From Octopus bimaculoides (Eukaryota), in assembly GCF_001194135.2 (NCBI RefSeq), contig NC_068984.1, positions 38,875,444 through 38,939,443 on the forward strand: a stretch of DNA of 64,000 bases. Direction: 5' to 3'. The position numbers and the translations under genes are program-made. Below the pieces are notes generated by a model, which ran no database searches, had not been told where the DNA came from, and saw only the letters and a program-made list of their open reading frames with translations. This document shows positions 10,536-22,230 of the stretch, one piece after another. Numbering within the stretch: the stretch's first letter is position 1; every line of letters starts with the position of its first letter.

Positions 10536-11289
10536 AGTTTCGAACTGGAAAACATAAACAGTTTTGTTTACATTCACAACAGTGATAAAAATTTTAGATC
10601 TGAGTCATCATTTAAAAACTATTTTAAATAATTCATACTAAGAAATTGGTAGTCATTCCAGAAAAAATATATGAACTAGAAATAATAACCAAACCTTCCT
10701 CAACTCCCGTTACATGGTCTTAAAAAAGGACATCAATCATGTAGCCCCAGATACAATCTCTACAAATAGTCGCAACTTGAATGCTTTCTATTTTATAGAT
10801 CTGCCCGATCAAAGCTAAACAATTTAACAATAAAGAGATAAAGGTGACAGTGGGATGGGCAACAGACACATCAATGATAGAGATGCATGATGTGAGGGTA
10901 GAAAACTAATATGGGCGTCAGAGGGGCATGAAGTTATGAAAGAGAACAGTGGTGTAGGTTACACAGCAGGGCAGATATGCATGTGTGTGTGCGTATGGAC
11001 ACAAATATACATAATTTTAACATCCATTTTGTTATGCCTGAGCAGGCAAGTGGGTCAACTGAGTTGATTGGTAATATGCTAGTCAACACGGTCCTTTGAT
11101 ATCTTCTTTGTGAGGTGAGATTTAGATTTGACTTCGCCATGTCACTCACACCTCCCTTAGTCTCCCTCTTCTACAGGTGCCAGTTCTTTGAGCGCACGGC
11201 ACAACTTTATACAACTGTCCTCCTTGCGTGCGGGTGTATACATATACTTATTATGTACATATAAATTCAAATAAGTTATTATCTTTAAA

Positions 11290-11660
11290 ATGCACTGGCA
11301 TGTAGAAAGCACCATTCGAGCATGACTGATGCCAGTGCCACCTGACTAGCACCCGTGCTGGTGGCATGTAGAAAGCACCATTCAAGCGTGACCAATGCCA
11401 GTGCCACCTGACTAGCACCTGTGCTGGTGGCATGTAAAAAGCACTGTTCGATCATGCTCAATCCCTGGGCCACCCGACTGGCTCCTGTACCGGTGGCATG
11501 TAGAAAGTACCCACTACACACTCAGAGTGGTTGGTGTTTAGAAGAGCATCCAGCTGTAGAAACCTTGCCAAATCAGATTGTAGCCTCCTGGCTTGCCAGT
11601 CTTCAATCAAATCATCCAACCCATGCGAGCATGGAAAGAAGATGTTAAATGACGATGATA
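11290..11660 (+). mobile_element. 5'-truncated RTE LINE 3' end (or a SINE sharing it) with 4 tandem 66-bp units
   Basis: tggcatgtagaaagcacc at 11296, 11362, 11428 and 11494, then the family tail ending in (GAT)n. The same tail follows RTE ORF2 at ~25500-25810 and ~41700-42010. Confidence 0.8.
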
Positions 11661-11847
11661 TATATATATGTATATATTATCCAAAATATATAGTATTTTC
11701 TTTTTCTTAACATAAATGATAATATACCCATATCCATCAATGTAAAGCTAACATATTTTAGTATTTCACTGATACACTGGATAAAACTGGGGAATTTGGA
11801 TGCTGACATCCTTTTAAGGTATTTATATCCTTGAAATAATTATATAT

Positions 11848-12395
11848 ATCATCATCATCATCATCATCATCGTTTAACGTCCGCTTTCCATGCTAGCATG
11901 GGTTGGACGATTTGACTGAGGACTGGTGAAACCGGATGGCAACACCAGGCTCCAGTCTGATTTGGCAGAGTTTCTACAGCTGGATGCCCTTCCTAACGCC
12001 AACCACTCAGAGAGTGTAGTGGGTGCTTTTACGTGTCACCCGCACGAAAACGGCCACGCTCGAAATGGTGTCTTTTATGTGCCACCCGCACAAGCCAGTC
12101 CAGGGGCACTGGCAACGATCTCGCTCGAAAATCCTACAGGAGCCAGTCAGGCGGTACTGGCAACGGCCACGCTCAAAATGGTGCATCTCATGTGCCACCC
12201 GCACAAGAACCAGTCCAGGGGCACTGGCAACGATCTTACTTGGCTTGCCGGGTCTTCTCACGCACAGCCCATTTCCAAAGGTCTCGGTCCGTAGTCATCG
12301 CCTCGGTGAGGCCCAATGTACGAAGGTCTTGCCTCACCACCTCAGCCCAGGTCTTCCTGGGCCTACCTCTTCCACGGGTTCCCTCAACTGTTAGG
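11848..12395 (-). mobile_element. 5'-truncated RTE LINE copy (ORF2 C-terminus + 3' UTR + (GAT)n tail), CpG-rich and probably young
   Basis: The reverse strand encodes RGRPRKTWAEVVRQDLRTLGLTEAMTTDRDLWKWAV, followed by the family 3' UTR and a (CAT)n run at 11848-11871. Confidence 0.85.
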
Positions 12396-12734
12396 GTGTG
12401 GCACTATATACACTGGTACGAACATGATATCTTTAAGATAGCATGTATTAAATTGATTTGATATCATTGTATCAGATATTTCCATAGTGATAGTCCTATA
12501 AGTATACATATTCATGTGGAGGAGCACTGGCAAGACATGCAAAATGAAGAAAGCTTGAATGTCAATAATAATGTAAAATAGAGCTATAAGATGAAATGCA
12601 ATTATCTTAAAAGAATGTGCATTTATAAAGTAATGCAAAATTACTACCTAACTACTGCCTAAATTTTAACAATATCGGGTGGTGTGGGTTTATGGTCTTG
12701 TCACTCACATCATAAATCAGGTAGTTCATGAAGG

Positions 12735-13088
12735 AGTCATACCCAATGATTGGTTGTAGCAGTACCATAGTCAACTGCTACAAGGGTAAAGGTGATGCTT
12801 TAGACAGAAATAACTACTGGGGTATCAAATTATTGGCTCAAGTGATGAAAGTTACAGAAAGGGTCATAGCCCAACTAATTAGGGAGAGAGTTAGCCTAAA
12901 TGAAATGCAGTTTGGTTTTGTACCAGGCAGAAGCACCACTGATGCTATATTTCTGGTAAGGTAACTGCAGGAGAAATATCTAGCCAAAGATAAACCTCTG
13001 TACTTGGCTTTTGTTGACTTGGAGAAAACCTTTGACAGGGTCCCCCGATCCTTTATCTGGTGGTCAATGCAGAAACTAGGGATAAACG
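12735..13088 (+). mobile_element. RTE LINE reverse-transcriptase fragment
   Basis: NCYKGKGDALDRNNY.GIKLL..VMKV.ERVI..LIRERV.L.EMQFGFVPGRSTTDAIFLVR*LQEKYLAKDKPLYLAFVDLEK.FDRVP, with an in-frame stop. Confidence 0.9.
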
Positions 13089-13245
13089 ACAGTAGATTGA
13101 TTACATTATGTTATCAAAGTTGTGTGAGATTAGGCTATTATTTCTAGCATGTGGCTAGCCTGCTTGAAGGCCTGCTTTTTTTTTCTGTAGTTTCAGCTCA
13201 GAGCTGCGGCCTTGTTGAAAAATTGAAATTTTACAATGAAGGGGG

Positions 13246-13421
13246 NNNNNNNNNNNNNNNNNNNNNNNNNNNNNNNNNNNNNNNNNNNNNNNNNNNNNNN
13301 NNNNNNNNNNNNNNNNNNNNNNNNNNNNNNNNNNNNNNNNNNNNNNNNNNNNNNNNNNNNNNNNNNNNNNNNNNNNNNNNNNNNNNNNNNNNNNNNNNNN
13401 NNNNNNNNNNNNNNNNNNNNN
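13246..13421. other. Assembly gap (176 N)
   Basis: Run of N. Confidence 1.
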
Positions 13422-14630
13422 CGTTAACGCAATTTTTTTTTTTCATATTCGTTTTCTACATACTTGTTAACACCCAGCAGGCTGGTTTATTTGTTTATTT
13501 ATTTTAAAATTTTTTACGAGTGAAGATCTTTATATTGACCGAAACGGCTTTGTTTCCTCATAATTTTCGGGGAAAATGAGGTATTTTAAATGAAAATTTC
13601 TACAAATACCTTTCAGAGTGCGTAAAGTACGATTATATTGAAATCTGATGTAGTAAAAATAAATAAATAAACGGTTAGCATGCACACTAACACATCACAA
13701 TTTTCTTCGAAATTTCAAGTTTCATTTTGTAGATGTATGTGATGTGTCAGTATGTATGTGTGCAATTTCTTTCTTTTATATATATATATATAATCTCCGA
13801 CATCTAAAACGTAGGGCATCCGAAAACATTTTTTCAAAAAAAATGCATTTTTTAAGGAGAGGTGCGAAACTGCATTAGCCCCCATTTTTCTAAAAATTGA
13901 GAAAAGAAAGGTACCTTGTGTGAATTTTCTGAAACCCTCTCCCCACGTACGGAAAATTTTTTTTTTCACAACAAATTCCAATATAATGGGATTCTATACC
14001 ATCTAAAGCGTATTTGTAGAAGGTTTCATTAAAAAATATCCATTTTTTCTGGAAGTTATGAGGAAATAAAGTCAGGGGGAGGCACACACGTTATAGGTAT
14101 GTTGCAGGATTAACTTCACATATGTGCCCCAACCCCAATATATCTGCAAAATAAAACTTGAAATTTAGAAAAATTGTTGTGTCAGTTTGTATCTGTGCAT
14201 GCCCACTAAGTTGAGGTTTTTTTTTACATTAAACCCCAATATAATCGTAATTTACACACTCTGAAAGGTATGAACACTTCGCTCCGGTTGGTTAATGGCA
14301 TATCATGGTACATTCGTTTGCGGTGGTCTATAACAAACATGTATGTTTTAAAATTATATCGAAGACATATATTACACACATTTACGCACAATTAACGACT
14401 TATAAAACACACAAGCACATAGACCCACCTCAATTTGGGTAGTTTGTCTCGAACTAGTAATTGCCATTAACCCAGTCTGTGACCTTGTGTTCAAATGAGG
14501 AGCGCTAAACTCTCTAGGACATTATTTTGGGGTTAAAAAACAAAAAAGGTAGATTTTCCGAGGTTTTATTTTTTTCTTAGTGAACCACGTGGGGGTGTAC
14601 TTACCAAAAAACGTATTCATTTGCACACGC

Positions 14631-14698
14631 GGGTTAGGGTTAGGGTTAAGGTTAGGGATAGGGTTAGGGTTAGGGTTAGTGATAGGGTTAGGGTTAGG
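14631..14698 (+). repeat. Interstitial telomere-like (TTAGGG)n tract, 11 units, 3 variant
   Basis: gggtta x3, aggtta, gggata, gggtta x3, gtgata, gggtta x2. Confidence 0.9.
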
Positions 14699-15759
14699 AT
14701 CGACCACTCAAGACTAGCTAGCGCGTTCGGGTCCGCGCTGCTTTAGTAGTACCAAACAACAGAATATAACTTTAAGGTAATTTGGTTGTTGTTTCGAGCG
14801 ATCGCGTGGAGAATCTATCGTTGGCTCGTTATTGTTTTCCAAAAAGGTAACTAACTCTAGTAATTCATCGAGTTATTCTCAGCTTCTCACGTGAAAATTT
14901 TCGTAATATGAGAAATATAATCTCTCAAGTTCGAGTATATGATGCGATTCAAACAATGTTCCTACCTTCTTTCTTGAATATCGAGGTTTCTGTTTTCTTT
15001 TTGTTACATAATGTTGTTTTAACACTAAGAGCTAACATCCGTGTTACTTCCGGTCTCACAGTATAACACCGTATCATTTGTATGGATGGAAATAATGGAA
15101 ATAATTTTAAATAGAAGACACTAATTCCATCCGCAGTCTAGAAATAACTACTGTTCTTATCGATCATACTGCTGTTAGGTAGCTTGTGGAAGTAGTTGTG
15201 GCGGAGGTCGCTCAAGCAAAGGAGGCAAGATAACAAAATGATGACTCGGTAGGATATTCATGAGTAGCTTTTGATTGTTTGAATACCTACGGACTTTTGG
15301 ACCCCTTCTACAGTTAGTGAGCTTGCCTCTTCGTGGTCGCTCGACTTGCTAGAAATACTTGCCAAATCTCCTTTAAACCCGTTATCATCTTATATAAAGG
15401 ACATGGTGCATGCAATAGCTGACATATTCCTACATACACCAAAAAGAATGAGATGATCATGGCTAGAATGCCTTTGATCCACTAGATCAGGATAGTTATG
15501 AGCTAAGATGGTAAGAAGTTAAAATGTGTAGCAACAGAAAGCAATCACAAAAAGCTAACATATTTCTTTAAGGCATATCCAAGTTGCGAACGGAATTAAG
15601 ATAAATGTTTAGTAAAAGCAAATTTTCTCAGATTGACGTTTTTTTAATATATACTTACAGAAGTTGTAAATGATATACTAATAAAATATAGGAGCTTAAA
15701 AAGAAACTAACACCGACAACAGTTACCTTCTACTATCAATATTAAAATATAACTTTGTG

Positions 15760-16740
15760 GTACGGTGCTACTTAAGCTGGGTGCAATGGGGCCGATCGAC
15801 CTGGAAATGTGAGAATGGGTGCAAAAACTTACTCTAACATATCAAGTTCCCTTAACTTATGCCAGTCGTTTGGGTGTCACTTGAGACGCTTTAGCAGTCA
15901 GCCATGGCCACTGGTCATTGTTCTCCGGTTTACAATGTTTCTTTAAAGTGGATCCGCCAAAAGACTTAATCCTGCAGTACAGAAAACCCTACCATTCTAC
16001 TGATACTAGCGGTGTTTATCTTGTTGATCCAATGCTGTTAGCTTGTACTTGATTAAATCACCCTCCTCAGAAATAATCTTTAAAATTCAATTCTTTTCTT
16101 CACGAAACATTTTTGAGTGATACCGATGAAATTTCCTACGTTTAACGTGCTTCGACGACTGAAAGGAACACCACCTTTCTGCTTCAACTTAACATGTGTA
16201 TGAAGTCAACAAGAGTAGCTTTGTGTGATTACGCGACCTACCAGAAATATCAACCAACTCTCATTCGAATCAGTTCCATATTGCCCTACTATATCTATAA
16301 AAAGAAGAAAAGACACACTGCATGTTGTAATCCCTTACATCTAGTTTAGCTGTGGTCTGCCCCTTGGCAAGTCCTGTGCACGCGAACCTTCTCCAACACT
16401 CTCTATACAACCTGGGAGGGCCCGTATGCGAATTATTTTTCCCCACGAGAGTTCTGGATTCCAGTAATGAACTCATTTGCATACAGCCTATCAGAGCTCA
16501 CTTTGACTTTGTTGTATACAAACAACTACGCAGAGGCAGCCATGCAGATAAGGAAGGATCAGATCCGTTCAGCTCTCAGATTATGCCGAGATGCAAAGCA
16601 CAACATAACATTCGTGAATGTGTTAAAAACAACCAATCTCTTGGTAAAACACACTCTACTAAGTAAATTCAAGACGAAGAACGGTATTGTAAGTCGACCG
16701 ATCGCCAAGTTATGCCTGATTTTAGAAGACAAGTAATTAG
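15760..16740 (+). mobile_element. Degenerate BEL/Pao LTR-retrotransposon pol (RNase H-integrase) remnant
   Basis: One broken frame gives LTYASRLGVT...HWSLFSGLQCF (cf. PAD.ASRG...LWFSGP.FL), TRTFSNTL.TTWEGPY (cf. RPFSNTGVDY.GP) and KFKTKNGIVSRPIAKLCLI (cf. VKT..G...RP..KLC.L, BEL integrase C-terminus). A purine-rich PPT-like stretch lies near 16800-16822. Confidence 0.65.
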
Positions 16741-17519
16741 ATTTGCATCTATACCTATTATCGGATGATTTTGTTAGGGTCCCATATGGTGAAGATGTGA
16801 ATGGGAAAAATATGGGTAGAGGGTGATGTGCGAGCAACCCTGTCCCCTTATTGTTTTACAAATTAAACAACAACATAAATAATTGCGCAGAGCCAGCCAT
16901 GGTTGAAACAAGAAAAAGAACAACATGCATTATTAGAAGAGAGAAGCATGGTCATTCTGTAGTGAAACCACCTCTCTCACGGTTATTTATTCACAAATGC
17001 GAACGTAGCAGGTAACAACTCTTTCCTCTTTTTAGTCACCAGTGGCCACTGGACGACTCATGGAGAATGAAGCCTGGCTGACACTGTCAGCCACTGCGAG
17101 ACAACGTCGCCCACATCATAACCCTACCATCTCTCTCTCTATACAATTACTACTATAAAAAAGGTACATACAGATACAGGCCTAAATTCTGAACCTTGCA
17201 TGTTTTATATACTATTACACTGGCCTATGGCAACATAGAATGTAACGGTAAAAATAAATATTTCTTATAAAAAATGTCTTTCATCGTTCAATCCATAACC
17301 GTTACAATTAGTAACCTTTCTACTATAACCGTTACAATTCCTTACCCAAGTGATCTTATCTTATCGCCCATCACTTGTTATGCGTTCATAAATTACTTTG
17401 ATAGTTGAGCTCTGACTGCAAATGAGTTCATAACTGGGTCCAGAACTCTTGTGGGAAAAAAAATTTCGCGGCCCGTACCCTCCCCTGTCGCCGTTAAGTA
17501 CATTACTGAAACTTCAGCC

Positions 17520-17755
17520 ACCATGACTAAACTTAGGATGAATGCGGGAATGATTTACCGTTGCCTTCTCTAGTCAGGTGGGATTTGAACTCAGAAAGCA
17601 GAGAGCAGGAAGCTATACCGTAAAGCATCTCTGCCGACGCGCCAACGATTATGGCTCTATCCCAGTGAAGTGTTTTGTGCAAGAATACAACGCGCGGCCC
17701 GATCCGGGTATCGAACCCACGATCGCTCGATCGAGGGTGCAACACTCTAACCACA
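17520..17755 (-). mobile_element. tRNA-derived SINE(s)
   Basis: The reverse strand reads gtggttagagtgttgcaccctcgatcgagcgatcgtgggttcgatacccgg (A/B boxes). The adjacent gggatttgaactcag module is shared with ~19180-19250, ~44700-44840 and ~54420-54530. Confidence 0.6.
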
Positions 17756-18229
17756 ATCTCTTGCATACATTTTTCTGGTATAAGTAATTCCTTACATACA
17801 TTTACGTGATCAAGTCAGACCGAGATATCAACATAGTTATCTATACTCTCAAAAATACATTTACAAAATTTCATTTTTTTTTTTAAGAAAAAAAAAAAGC
17901 ATTTTCCAGAAAGTGATGATGAAACAAGTGCGTCAATCTGTAGCTATGTCAATAACAAGCCACTGAAAAAGTTTACATGGTTCTCGATCTGTTAGAAATA
18001 TCAACTAAATCATACACCCTGCCGTCATAGAATATTGCTAACACATTAGATGAAGTAGTCCTAGATAAAGTAACCCTAGGAATAAAATGGCTGGAACGCA
18101 TTTAGCCTTGAAGTAATTGAACCCCTCAAGTTTTTTTTACTTAAGCGTTACTTGTCGATTCTTAGGTTATTGCATTTTCTCAGAGTTAGTCCCTCTTATA
18201 GATTCTCGTCGTCTTTCCAATGATTTGAC

Positions 18230-19030
18230 GACCTAATCTTCAGGAAACTCGATTGCGTGGCCAATGTCAGACTCTCCAGCGTCCCGCGACCAGGTTGCTT
18301 TGTCAATTTGGTTTGTGGGTCTAGGTTTGTGTAAGTGCTCGTCTCTTATCTTCCTTGTTTTCTTTACTCTATCCACGCTTGCTCCTCTTTGGTAGGTAAC
18401 ATTTCTCCTTTCCAACAGGGAAATGGACGAAGCTCTGTTACAGTGGAGCGAGCTGGGTTTGTCAGTTCCTGATACAGTTGAGAATAGACAGAAGTAGAGA
18501 GTATGAGGAAATCTGCGCCACTGTCAATTCTCTCTTTGATCAATCTGATCAATTTTCAAAGTGTCTCCTACTTTCTGCGAAATTATTGGGGGCGGGGGCA
18601 TTGATGGCCAACATTGGCGGTCTACTCATTCTAGATGGGCTCCGCATCTCCATTGTACTAGAGTGTGAGCCGACGTCTGTAGGGACTGAGATGTCTCTGT
18701 GGTAGGCCCCTCGACTCTACAGGCCTTCACGGTTTGTCTTGCCGTCTAAGTCCTTGTCATTTCGCTCGTCGCATCAAGCTAACCTTAATCATTAAGAGGG
18801 CCCTGGCTCGGGTTAATATCCCCTTGGTTCTGGAGCCAGCGGGATTATCCAGAAGTTATGGAAAGAGACAAGGTAAGAGGTTAGTGCCTCATCTGGGACG
18901 CCACAGTCTGTGACTCCTTTGCTCCCTTCCACATCCTGGATGTTGCGGTAAATGGGAGGGTCACTGCTTCCCTAGCCGAACGGAACAAAGTCCTTAAGTA
19001 TCGGAACTTTTCCTGTTCCAACACCTTGAA
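18230..19030 (-). mobile_element. Degenerate Ty3/Gypsy-like gag-protease remnant
   Basis: GC-richer island. The minus frame has RIDSGADFLILSTSVYSQL (retroviral-type aspartic protease D[S/T]GA motif) and downstream IGHAIEF (cf. V.H.I.T). Multiple stops. Confidence 0.4.
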
Positions 19031-19548
19031 CTTTTTGAGTTCAAATTATCCCCAAATCAAATTACTTCCATCCCTCCGGGATCGATAAACCAACTACCAG
19101 TGATAATCTTAGTCTTCTATTGTAGGTCTAATCACATCTAGGATACTTTATAAAAAATATTAAATCGACTTAATACTCGACTGGTGTTTGATTTTATCGG
19201 ACCCGAAAAGACGAGAGACAAATTCGACCGCAGTAATATCTGAACAAAAGTCATAAGGAAATTCTGCAGGTATTTTGTGAAACACTTCAGACGACAATAT
19301 AAAGCTGGGGCGGCGGGGTGACATCATCATCATCATCGTTTAACGTCCGCTTTCCATGCTAGCATGACATAACAATTCAAAATTAATGCTTTAAATAAAA
19401 AAAATAAATTGACTTATTATTTACGAAGAGTGGACGACAGAAGTTATCGCTATTTATCTCCCCTGGCGAACAATCTTCAGCAAGGTGACTGGGAGCTGTG
19501 GCTTCTCCATAACATATTCTTTTGGTACAGTTCTCATCCGAAAGTAAA

Positions 19549-19601
19549 ATGCCCCTCGCTCAGTTATTTTCGGGAAAACATGCACAACAGCTTAAAAACG
19601 C
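19549..19601 (+). CDS. UQCR11: Cytochrome b-c1 complex subunit 10 (6.4 kDa, QCR10/UQCR11), coding exon 1
   Basis: ATG CCC CTC...AAC GC|gtaagt encodes MPLAQLFSGKHAQQLKN(A). The phase-2 donor matches the phase of the next exon, and GKHA resembles the invertebrate N-terminus. Confidence 0.75.
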
Positions 19602-21764
19602 GTAAGTATATATTATATGCATGTAAATTATATATCTTGAACGAGGTCAATATCTTTTTAATTAGCTTTCTAGGTATGCTTGTTGAAGGTCATACCAAAG
19701 AATTTCCTGCTTCTATTCTGTTCGTGATGAATTGCCGATTCTATTCTGTTATGTTGGGGTAGTCCAGAAATCCTTTCAGCATTTAAATGATATACAAAAT
19801 TAAAATGCTAAAAAGGACTTTCGGATCTTAGTTATGTTATTTCCCTTTGTTTCATCTTGGTCGGTCAAAAGGTTATTACGTTGTTACAGACGAATTTTCG
19901 AAAATAGACTAAAATTGTTAGCATAATGTTGTCAAAATGTGTGAAATGAAAATTTTCTACCCGGGAGTTATTGTATATAAGATAAACTTGATTAAATGCC
20001 TTTGTGTCTTAGCATAAGAACTAAAAGTATATAGTTAAAAAAATAAAACTAAAAAAAGGGTCTAGCTTTAACTTGATACAATGTGTTTATGGTAAACTAA
20101 AAATCAAGCCTCAGTTTATTTCCTTCTCGTAGAATTCTACATCAAAAATTATTTTAAATGAAGTGAATTGTGATTTTTCGATTCCTTTTAGTTACCAGAA
20201 GTCTTTTATAGTGAATAGTCAGTGGTTTTATATTTGGCCTTCTTACAGAATCGTCTAGATTTTACAGCCTACTTTGCCAAATGACAATTTGATTTATTTC
20301 TGGAAAAAACATGCAGTATAATTTTTATTTATTTATCGAAGTTGCTGAAAAACGATGTTATAGACAGTTCCTTCCCAATGCAAAACGAAACTTGTATTAA
20401 GAGATTTTTCAGTCGGACAAAATGAGGGTAGGAACAATTGGCGGTTTATTAGGTTGTCACAGAGTTTTGTGAGTGTGTCGTACCACTCCTCTACAAACTC
20501 ACGAGTCTCTGATTCACATATTCATAAGGAAAATAGTATTTTTGCTGAGAGAAGATACGTACCACTCGTCATTTTATCGTTTCGCTCCGAAGTCAACTTT
20601 GATTGAACAGACCTATAATCAAAGGTGTTGCAGTCGTAACCACCCAATCTTTCTGTAGATGTCTTTCTCTTTTTACAACGATTTTAGAAGATTTAGCAGT
20701 TATATCTAGCAGGTCAAACGATCATGCAGAGGTTCTCCATTGAATGAATCCGCGTTTTTGAGCTATCGTGAGGCTGAGAAACAGATGCAGTTATTGTTAA
20801 ACCATTTACGGTTTAGTTCTAAGTCAGTGCTGATAGAATGTTGATATTAGTAGGGACGCATCCGAATCTAATGCATTCTCCCTTATCTCCAAAAAATGTA
20901 TATCTCTTTGCGTAAGTAAAAATGTTATCCCGATAAGAGAGGACAAAGATTGTCTTTTATATTTTACTCGTGTCAGTCACCGGACTGCGTCCTTGCTGGG
21001 GCACCACCTTCGAGGGTTTAGTCGAACAAATAAACCTAATACTTTTTTCTTTTTAAGTTTGGTTCTTATTGCATTGAACTCTTTCATCGAACCTCTAAAT
21101 TACGTGGATGTAAACAAACCAACACTGGTTGTGGAGGGAACAAAGTCGCGCGCGCGAGCACGATGGGATCCCATACAGTTTCCATCTACCAAATTCATTC
21201 ACAATGCATTCGTCAACTCCGGGTTTATAATAGAAGACACTTGGTCAAGGTGCCATGCAGTGTTCTGAACCACTGTCATAGATATCTGTTTGTAATGGAT
21301 TGGGTTCTGAAGAACATTTAAGAAAATAATAAAATACTCGTGAAAAGGAATGAATATGAGAAATATCAGGTTAAAGAAATTAGTTGATTTATTTATTTTT
21401 TTTTTCTTTGTGAACCTCTTTACTAATGTAAGAAAAGACTATTAAGTAGATCTTATAAAGAATCCTGAAAGTATCCAGTAATATATATTAGTTATTCAGA
21501 GGAGAAATAGTCCTCATGACTTTTGCACCCTGCTTCCTTGGTTAGTAAGATCAGTATTGCTTAAGTTCAGTTAAACCCTTTTGTTACTATATTCCTGTTA
21601 AAACATACTGTTTTTGCTTCAATTGATTTTGATAATAATAAAGAATTTGTAAAATAACTGTCATTAATAAGCTGATGTTTGGAACATATGTTAACATGAG
21701 ATTTTGCTGTAAGTTTTTAATTTAGCTCACTTTAAAGCAAGAAGTTTGTATCATAGAATCAGGT

Positions 21765-22230
21765 TTGGTCTCAGGCTGGTTGGTATCAAAAGGATTCAAG
21801 AACATATGTAGCTTAACAGTGCTTGAGAAATGTAAGAGGAATTTGAAACTCATCTTCCCAAACAAGGTAACAATTACATCACTCCAACCAGACATGTTTT
21901 TGCTCTCTCAGAGTGTAAAAAGAATCATCATGGTCAAACTTAGTGTCTCTGGAGGACAGACTCAACATTTCTTACCAGCTTAAAGACAACCGAATATCAG
22001 TATGTGATTAACAAGGCACTTGTGGAATTGCAAGCAACTTCATTCCCTACTGAAGTTGGCTTACTGTAACTTTCCAGCAGATTGGTGCGCTTTTTCCTGT
22101 AGTGTCTGGAACCCAGACAACTGAAGCAAACCACCAAGGAGATAAGCATGACAGCTAAACCCAGCTGAAGTTGGCTGTGATTGACAAGAGACTATGTGTG
22201 GAACGCTTCTGCAGGCAAAGACTGATTTAG
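21765..22230 (+). mobile_element. C-terminal restriction-like endonuclease fragment of a Hero/NeSL-type non-LTR retrotransposon, in the UQCR11 intron
   Basis: Across frameshifts: LIFPNKVTITSLQPDMFLLSQSVKRIIMVKLSV / EDRLNISYQLK / FPTEVG / LKQTTKEISMTA..S*SWL, cf. FP..I..T.LRPD.VL.S...K.....ELTVP.E...K..KY...FPVEVG.RG...AE..S.WLW. Confidence 0.65.

Noticed and set aside
11286-11515. CRISPR-like array
   Set aside because: Eukaryotic context, no cas genes, and the spacers are related to each other; it is a tandem unit in an RTE 3' UTR.
13151-13507. ORFs spanning the N run
   Set aside because: Artefacts of translating N as X.
14631-14698. True chromosome end
   Set aside because: Only 11 partly degenerate units, with ordinary genes on both sides.
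20422-20468. Alternative UQCR11 first exon (MRVGTIGG...|gtgagt), and another phase-2 candidate ending at ~20911
   Set aside because: Phase-compatible but no similarity to the UQCR11 N-terminus; 19549-19601 fits better.
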